Origin: Spironucleus salmonicida
Lineage: Eukaryota
Reading direction: 5' to 3'
Length of the DNA: 64,000 nt
NCBI RefSeq assembly: GCF_000497125.1
Contig: NC_090599.1
Location: 434,001-498,000, forward strand
Shown here: piece after piece, positions 55,685 to 64,000 of the stretch
How the letters are laid out: every line of letters starts with the position of its first letter
Numbering within the stretch: the stretch's first letter is position 1
Translations under genes and position numbers: made by a program
Notes under the pieces: generated by a model
Told to the model about the DNA's origin: nothing
What the model saw: the letters and a program-made list of their open reading frames with translations, nothing else
The model's database searches: none

Positions 55685-56410
55685 ATGAATCAAAAAATTG
55701 GTGTTCTCGGATGTGGCAATATGGGTGGTGCTATTGTTAGGGGTTTACTAAACAAGATTGATTAAGTATATGCATATGATAGAAATCTTAAAAATCGTGA
55801 ATCGTTAAATTAGATGACAAATGTTACATTATATAATTCTGCTGAAGAGCTAGCTAGAAATATTGATGTTCTCATCATAGCCATTAAACCAAATTCAATA
55901 ATAGATGTTCTCAAGTAACTTGAAGTTTGCAAAACCTACAACTTAGTTATTTCCGTTGCTGCAAATGTTACCCTTAGTTAACTTCAATCAGGTACTTCTT
56001 CTTAAGTAATTAGAACAATTCCAAATACAGCAGCAATTCTTAACAAGTCAATAACTATATCTACTGCAGAATCTCCTATTTTATCACTAATTGGGGATGT
56101 GGTAGTTCTCCCTGAAGAAAAATTTCATGCTGGCATGATTTTAGGTGGTTGCTAGCCGGCATTTGCAATGAAGTACATAAGAGCAGCCCAATTAGCAGGA
56201 ATTGAAATGGGACTTACCAGTTAGTAGGCGTAGGATATAAGTGTCGGTGCGGTGAGTGGTGCAATGGAGATTCTGAACCATGGTGGAACACCAGACTTGG
56301 AATGTAATAGGGTTATGAGTCCAGGTGGTGTCACAGTCAAGGGAGTTAATAAATTAGAAGAATTAGGATTTACTGGTGTTGTTATTTAAGCTCTTAAAGC
56401 GTGTAAATGA
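55685..56410 (+). CDS. proC: Pyrroline-5-carboxylate reductase, 241 aa
   Basis: IGVLGCGNMGGAI, IAIKP, ISVAA, RTIPNT, VMSPGGVTVKG. Confidence 0.95.
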
Positions 56411-56424
56411 TCAAAATTACGCAA

Positions 56425-57135
56425 TCACTTTATTATTTTACATTTAATAAAATCCGTAACGCCTTAATTCAAGCTTTGTTCTGCTTCCTTTATTTGCTCA
56501 AATGTATTCTCTTCCAAAAACCTAAACATCATTGGATGACAACTCTTTACAACTCTAACATTCTCACCCAGAATAATATATTTTTCATAACTTTTTGCAA
56601 ACTCACCCATCAACAAAAATACCACACCTGGTGATTCCATACAGATTGACTTAAACGCTTCAGCAATAACAGGCTCCCAGAACTTGATATGTTTATTAAC
56701 AGATGCCTTATCCTCATGAGTGAGGGATGCATTCAAAAATAAAATACCACAGTCTTCAGCCAATGCAGTAAAATAAGACTTTGTTTACTTTATTGCAAAT
56801 TAGGATTCTATTAAATCTCTTACATCATTCATTGTATTGAAGAAAAGCCTATTATGTTACAGTATGGCTTTTATTATGTTTCGCATAGAAATCGATTGTT
56901 TTTTATCAGCTAATGTAGAAGATTATAGGTCTAAAAAAGAAATCCCAGCAGCTGACTATTTACGCGGATACGGATCTTGACCTAGAATGACAATTCTCAC
57001 CTGTTTAGGGGATTTAACAAGTTTAAATGCCTCAAAAATCAGACCAGGACGCGGTATGAAATCTGCATTAGAACAATAATGCTCTTTATTACTTTACTAA
57101 TTCAGCGTGTCTATAACAGATTAAAAACTCTCCAT
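56425..57135 (-). CDS. UNG: Family-1 uracil-DNA glycosylase, divergent, 236 aa
   Basis: VRIVILGQDPYP, GILFLNASLT, FLLMG, SCHP. Confidence 0.88.
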
Positions 57136-57392
57136 TTTAATACACTAAATTCCTTTTCTATTATTATATATTATTATATCGAAAATAGATAATTTATATA
57201 TTAATACAAAATCATCAGAACTGCTGCGCTGCCTCTATTTCCACCTAATACTGATTTCCATAAAAACCCACTCACCAAATTTTTCCAAATTGTATTCTAG
57301 ACCGCATTTTAAACTACAATTTTCCCTTCCTTTTCCCACTCCCTCCGCTCCAAATCCGCCAAATCTCCCAAACCCACGCCTCACTCAAGCCC

Positions 57393-58241
57393 TCAAATCG
57401 GCCACACAAGCTCGTTTTCGCGGTCTACAACGACCGGCAGCATGTGCTCCTGGAGGTACCACTCCTGGCTGGCGTACGCCCCCCACTCCTCCCACGCGAC
57501 CGTGCAGAGAACGCGCCCTTTCCAGCGGTCCAGGCTCAGCCCGCGCGCCGACCCCTTAAACACGCAGAAAAACTCGCAGGAGCCGTAGTTCTGCACCGAG
57601 CCCGGCCGGACCCCCAGCCGCTCCCGAATGTGCTAATCGAGCTCGGCCTCGCCGCGTACTTGAACGTCATCCGTAAACTTGAAGCTGCAGATTCCAGCGA
57701 ATTTTTCAACGAAATTTGCGTTTTGCGCGTTCACGGGAACCGCAAAATCGTAGAATCCGGCCGTTTGGACCGCGGAAAGGAAGCTTTCCACGTCGCCGGG
57801 CGCGATCGATTTCGCGTTCACGGCCTCGCCGCAGGCGGCGCGGAACACGAAAAGGGGCGTGAAGCGGACGAGCTGCTCGCAGAAATTCACCTTTCCGCAG
57901 TCCGTGAAAAGGAGCGGGTGCAGCAGCCTCCCTTCCAGCGCCCGCAGCGCCTCGAGGGACGCGTTTTTGGTCTGGTGGAACGAGTTGTAAAAGAAGAAGA
58001 AATGGGACGTATTTGGTGTTATATCAGTTAGTTCTGATACGTAGCACGCGTGTGTGAATGCTGGCGGCTTCTGCTCCTCGCGCCATTTCAGCATTTCAGG
58101 GTCCGTGTCCGGGTCGTAGTTCGGGTCGTAACCGATTTTCTGGCCCTCGAAAAACGGAAAATCTCCGTTCTGCATCTCCGCGAGCCAGTCCGGAACGTCG
58201 CCGTCGTCGAAGTCGAACTGCTGCAGGACCAGAATAAGCAT
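57393..58241 (-). CDS. Hypothetical protein, 282 aa, possible inactive thioredoxin/PDI-like fold
   Basis: Joins track ORFs 57633..58256 and 57393..57596 via TAG; FTDCGKVNFCEQLVRFTPLFVF resembles a PDI-fold segment; no active-site CxxC. Confidence 0.7.
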
Positions 58242-58346
58242 TTTTGTGGGTAACAATTAAGCGTATAATAATGATAATTTTGATTAGAAAATTTTTTATA
58301 ATTAGTTATAATAATACAATAAATATAATAATACAATATAACGAAA

Positions 58347-58643
58347 ATGAACATCCACGTAATTGACCAAATTAGGGAGTAACAGCATGAGAGAATTGTC
58401 TAAATAGCCAGGCATTATAGTGAGAAACCTAGTGCGGCGCTGATAAAGCTGGTTGACGATTTGCTAAATATTCAAAATTTAGAAATTCCATAAGTAAACT
58501 CCCATATTTAGGGATTTGTTGATATTGAAAGAAAAAATTTATAGATTTAGATAGAAAAAGAGTAGGCAGATAATATGAAATCTGGTATAGAGGCTGAGCT
58601 TAAAAAAATATAAAGATTGTGTTAAAAATATCGTGTGTAGTGA
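58347..58643 (+). CDS. Hypothetical protein, 98 aa
   Basis: Table-6 ORF ending TAG-TGA; helical composition. Confidence 0.65.
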
Positions 58644-58819
58644 AGATTAATAAATTAGTTTATTGTAGAATTTATTCTAAGATATTATCAGTAGAATACT
58701 ACTAAATGTATTATAACTCTATATTTAAATACTTTTAATTACGTTTGTTGTTTAAAAATTGTTGGCCTATAATAATATAATATGCTTAATTTAATAATAT
58801 ATTTTTACGTTCACCATTA

Positions 58820-59224
58820 ATGAAGCTTACAGTTTCAATTCTACCATAGAACTAAAAGTTTGCAATATATGATTTTATTGACATCTTTAACGATAATAAA
58901 TAAAAATATATTGAAGCATTGTAAAATAAAATAACTAAAAAAGTAGTAGATGCCTTTATTTTTTAATCCGCTTATGGATACAATATCAATGTCCAAATAA
59001 AGACTACAACACGTAAAAAAATCATATCATTAGTGGATCCTATTTTAACATTGACTAAGGAACTGTTTGAGTAAATATTCTCAGAAGAATAGTTCGTGGT
59101 TGTTCTTAAAAAGCTTGTAAATAATATGTGTACTTCAGTGGCAATGGGTCCTACCACAATTGGTTGGTCGACTTTAGTATCAACCGATAATTCATATTCA
59201 TAAGCGGTTGAAGTATCCCAGTGA
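58820..59224 (+). CDS. Hypothetical protein, 134 aa
   Basis: Table-6 ORF, C-containing upstream (TTCACCATTA-ATG), ends CAG-TGA. Confidence 0.65.
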
Positions 59225-59301
59225 ATGTTTTTATTTATAAATTAAAATACAATGATAGGATGACTTTTTTAAATAATATTACTGTTATATTATAAAAATA
59301 A

Positions 59302-61119
59302 TCACATATCAAACGGAATTTCGTCTTAAGACTCTTCTATACCCTCATCTTCAATAATTTATTCATCCCAAACTATCTTGACTAATTTCTACCTACACAT
59401 TGGACATTCTTTAACTTTCCTGAAACATTTAAAACAAATATCATGGTTACAACCAAATTTAACCATTTCATTACTTTCAAAACAAATAGGGCAACAAATT
59501 CCATTCTACAAATCGTCATCTAATTAAATTTATTATTCTTATATTTTAGCTGGCTACTGCTTCTTACCAAGCTGAATTAATAAATTATCAACATCAGATT
59601 AAAAAATCTATTCATAAGTAATTATATGCTTGTTGTTTAAAACTAACTAATCGAACTAAGACTCAAAGTAGCAACCAGATGAAAGATCAATGGACCCCTC
59701 AGGAAGTAGCTTTTCATACTTTAATAAAAATTAAAAATGATACTCTAAGTCGCTAAATTTTCCCTTAATTACACGATATATTATAGCAGATTACTACTAT
59801 TAAGTATGTTGTTTAAAATGCTACAGACAAAAAAGAAGTGAGAATTTACACTTTCTAGAAAGTTCAAAGGCTTGATTTATAATTTATAAATCAACATCTT
59901 CTTCATAATAACAATTAATAAGAATAAAATAGAATATTAAAGATCCTGGAATGATCTCAATAGATATGAGCTTATCCCTAATATCCGGAACTCCAGAATG
60001 CAGTAGTGATAGTAACGGATAAAAGGAAGTCAATTTATGTAGGTCTGGTTGTAAAAGAAGATCTATGTTATTAATATTCATAACCAACTCTTTGAAAAAC
60101 CCCTGATTATAAAAGGTATTTGCACCTAAAATGATAATCTGATTCGTTAAATTTGAAAATTTTTGAAGCAGAAACCTAATATCCTCTTCAAACTATGCGC
60201 TGTCATACGCCCGTACATACTGATTGAGATAATGAGAGTATAGGATTCTACGCATTTTATTGTCGAACTCGTAAATTTCTTGCCTACCTTCAGACTCAGG
60301 AATAACATGGCTGGTTAGCAACAGAGATATTTAAGTCATAAAATTAGTATTATTATTAAGTCTAGCATATCTAATGAGCCCTCGCCAAATTTGTGCAGTT
60401 ACACCTGATTGGACATGCGCTGTTGTCTTCGCCAAATAGAAGATGTAGTCAATTAGCTACGATACTTCCTCCTCTTCTAGGAGGCAGAAAAACGTAAACG
60501 CCAAATGAACTTGAACTTTATGGTACTTTTCGAGAGTTTTGCTACTTGTATGCTAGAACACGTATGTCAGTAGCTTGTCAGTTGCCGGTAAAGGTGACAT
60601 GGTCAGGCACTGAAGGATTGAGAAAAGATACGGAAGAGTGCTCGATTACTGAATAGCGCTGTTAATGATTTCTGGGGTTATTTTTTCCCAGCTTTATATG
60701 AAATTTTTGTTAAAACTTCTAGACACAAGGCATGATAAAACGTCGTCGAGAACGTTTGAATCATCTATTTTTGCAATGAAGTGGCCCTTTAAATTGAATG
60801 CTTGCGACTGGCACTAGTAAATGAACACATCATTAATATAGATTTTGGTCATACTAATATTTTCGACCTATTGAAGAGTAATTTTGTCGCCACGTTAAAT
60901 ATTAATATTTCCAGATTGAAGTTCGCCCTCTTTAATTATAATAGTATTGCCTAAGATAGCAAACGACTCTGAAGATAATAAAAATGGTTAGTTTAAAACA
61001 TAAAAATTGCCGTATTTGTACCTTGCTTGTATATTAACAATTTTATTCTCATATATCCCAAAACCGAGTGGTTCTGGCAACTGTGAAATGTAATGACAAA
61101 TTTCATCTATCGAAAACAT
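59302..61119 (-). CDS. C-terminal C3HC4 RING finger protein (putative E3 ligase), 605 aa
   Basis: CPICFESNEMVKFGCNHDICFKCFRKVKECPMCR; two track ORFs share this frame. Confidence 0.85.
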
Positions 61120-61320
61120 TTTACTTAAAACAATTATATAGTATATATAAGTAATTAAGTCACTTCGACAATTTATGGCAGACTGAAAAGAAAACTCACA
61201 CAAGCCTTTTGATTCCAAGTTCACGCGTCAATGTCTTTATTTTCATAACCTGTAAAATAGGTTTTAATATAATAATTTTAATTATTATTATATATGATAT
61301 TCCAGTATATTTTTTCAAAA

Positions 61321-61800
61321 ATGCTCTCGCTAAAAAAAGGACGCCCTAAGTTTAAAAGCTCTGAAAAATTGTCATATGCACCTGACGACATAATGGACAA
61401 TATTTATTTGTAAAATTCTACACCATTTCCAGAATCATAGCCTCAACGATTTCGCACTATTATACCTCATCCGAAATAATAAAATTTTACCTCCAAAAAC
61501 GTGAACTATAACGCGGCTCATGTTAATTTCAAGTCATAAAAAATCATTTTCGGGGAACAGATTAACCACCACGTGCGCCGTGCAGCGATGGAATTTCAGA
61601 AGCTACAGGACTCCTACAAGGAGCGTAATTTAACATAGAAGGCAGCTATTTGCTACAGAGAAAACCGTAAGCTTTCTGGCCAAATTTCTTCCCAATTTGG
61701 GGTCAAAATGTACCAAATTGACCTGCCTTTTATCGGGATCAACTAGGTTTGCAGCGAAGTAATGAGCGCTTTCAAGCAGAAAGAATAAATTTTTAAGTGA
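61321..61800 (+). CDS. Hypothetical basic protein, 159 aa
   Basis: Fully translated table-6 ORF ending AAG-TGA. Confidence 0.75.
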
Positions 61801-62754
61801 GGAAAACTACAAATATGCTAATTATTTATCTGATATAATAGGGAAATAAACATTTAGGTCTTAAGCGAAAGCTAGAAATTTATCTTGATGGGAAGTTTGG
61901 GTAATTGGAGCGTTTAAAAGATAACATCTTCAAGTTCATAATAACGAAAGTAAATTAAAACTATTTAAAAAGAAAGTAATTTTTTATAATTTTTTAATAC
62001 GAAAAGATAGCTGTGCATAAATGTTCAAATATTATTAATAAAGCAGATTGAAATTTGGTTAAAGTCATATGACATTTAAAAGAGTATGGAGATATAACAA
62101 AAACTGTTATGGGGAAAGTGAAATTTAAATTAGATGATGAAATAAATTTTATATTAATATAGTAGGGTAAATCAGTTTTAATACCCTATTTTCAGCAATT
62201 TTGTTTGTTAAAAGATTTACAAAAATCTTGAAATTGAATGAAGGGTTGAAAATGAAAATACTAAGTAAGAAATTCATTAGATTTTAAATTTTGTGTATTT
62301 AGCTTATTATCTTAGAAATTTGATAATCATAAGAAAGTATATTAGGTTGACACAATTTTAAGTCGGGTGGCAAATAAAATATTTTGTTGCTTACATTTAA
62401 TTAATTTATAATAATAAAACTCTAAATGAAACAAAATTAATAATTTATCATTCATTATCAGGCCAAGGTTAAACATAAGTTTTATATTTAAAAAGAATCA
62501 ATAAATTAACTAATGAAACTGTTTTAATCGTAAATATAAATTTATTGGCAAACGTAGATAAAGATTAGATAATCGTAATTAATTAAGTAGCACAAATAAT
62601 TCATTTTTGTGAACATCAATGAATTAATAAGATAAGGAGTTAAAAATAAATACTAATCACTAGATATATAAATAGTGAGGGAAGAATATTCTTCTTATAG
62701 TACATGCATGAAAATATTAGGTTAGTAATAAAAATAATATACGTTATAGACTAA

Positions 62755-63285
62755 TCATTATAACAATGCACAAAAATCAAAATTACCAGTACATAATAGT
62801 GACTTAGAATGAATATTAGATGTAATAAAGTGAATCTTAAATCCTTGACTATAAGATTTAATTTAAATAAGATCTAAGACAGCTAATGGTTTTAGCTTAG
62901 ATAAATGCTATTTCTATACCGTCGTAATAAAAATAGGCGAAATTGACGATACAAACGTTAAAAAAGATATTTAAATATTAAAGGGGAGGTGAGCCATAAA
63001 TGCTTCTGCTGAAAACATAACTATCATTGATGGATGTTAATGAGACTTTTAATTAAAATAATCTAGCATTATATCTGGAGTTAATTATCTTACATTAGCT
63101 GGTAAATTATTAAGCAAAAATGGCGTTAGTAAAACACAAAAATCATAAAATTCATTATTTAAGAGATTAATTATTGGTAAAGGGCAATCTGATTCTGTTA
63201 AAATAGTGAATTTTGAAGAAGGAGAATTAAACACACAATTTGGAGGAGGATTTGATAATAATGATAATATAGAAATGTGTTTCAT
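62755..63285 (-). CDS. Hypothetical protein, 176 aa
   Basis: Extends track ORF 63085..63285 through TAA to TGA at 62755. Confidence 0.55.
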
Positions 63286-64000
63286 TCGAATATATACATA
63301 TATAATTATATGATAATTATTAGTATGGAATTATTAAACTCCATAAATAGTGATTGAAATATATCTAATAATAGGCGAGATATGTAAGTTTGTATATGAT
63401 CACAGTTAACGTTAATAATAGAGAACATTCTGCAACTGTCGATAAATTATATTTAATAAATTAAATAAATGATTATATATTTGTGAACAAGGAATCACTA
63501 TATATCTTTCAGTAGCTAAAGTCCTATCAGTTGTCATATTTAATTCATATATATACACTAATTAATATATAAACTCACTTATTATCATTATACATAAGTT
63601 TTCCACCTATAATATTGATTTATCAATATATTATCGTAAAACATCTAGATACCTAATTATAAAGAATTTTAAGAATTTTAAGTTTGTGATTTTATATAAT
63701 TAATATGAGAGAAACTTTATGTTATTAACGTTAAACTTAGAGTATAATAATACTGGAGTTCAAGTATAAGTCTTCACTATTTTTAATAGCCTAATTATAC
63801 ATGTAATAACCAAACCAGATTTATAATTTAACTGAATAATCACATAATTAAGACAAATTATAAGGTTTAATTATTTAAATTTGTGATTTGTAATAACTAA
63901 TACAACTGTATTAAAAAAATAAATATTATTTGTCATTAAAATTAATAATATATGAATATAGTATTTTATAGAGGCAAATCATACAATCACCACTTCATCT

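Noticed and set aside
57210-57392. TGA readthrough or selenocysteine extension of the 57393-58241 gene
   Set aside because: A second in-frame TGA follows 4 codons later inside an AGTGA signal, consistent with a normal end; an indel error in this G-run-rich stretch cannot be fully excluded
61801-62750. Short ORFs and a 7-bp inverted repeat near 62163-62188
   Set aside because: No motif support; lengths expected by chance under a one-stop code
1-64000. tRNA, rRNA, CRISPR arrays, telomeric repeats, prokaryotic operons
   Set aside because: None recognisable by eye; the window is eukaryotic. tRNAscan-SE and Infernal would be needed to exclude small RNAs

Overview
AT-rich, gene-dense eukaryotic DNA with no intron I can detect, from a hexamitid diplomonad (most likely Spironucleus, e.g. 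S. salmonicida). It uses translation table 6 (TAA/TAG = Gln, TGA the only stop), so the supplied standard-code ORF track fragments most genes. Hand translation with table 6 gives about 40 CDSs: RPS15, a CFAP70-like TPR protein, a CFAP74-like protein, a catalytically degenerate cytosolic carboxypeptidase, a bacterial-type uridine kinase, RRP12-like, Vps34, a compact Orc1/Cdc6-like ATPase, a ~2300-aa WD40 protein, a SHIPPO-repeat protein, two kinases, NPL4, P5C reductase, a divergent UNG, a RING protein and many hypotheticals. The non-routine structure is: (i) a GC-rich single-Myb gene cassette in three near-identical copies with a nested palindromic upstream element, two copies forming an 850-bp head-to-head inverted repeat; (ii) a 1.9-kb (ATATA)n array between divergent genes; (iii) intragenic GC islands with a C-to-G skew flip; (iv) stop codons embedded in AGTGA and convergent genes 3-15 bp apart. 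Long ORFs were frame-checked at several points, not at every codon. Family calls come from remembered motifs, not database searches.
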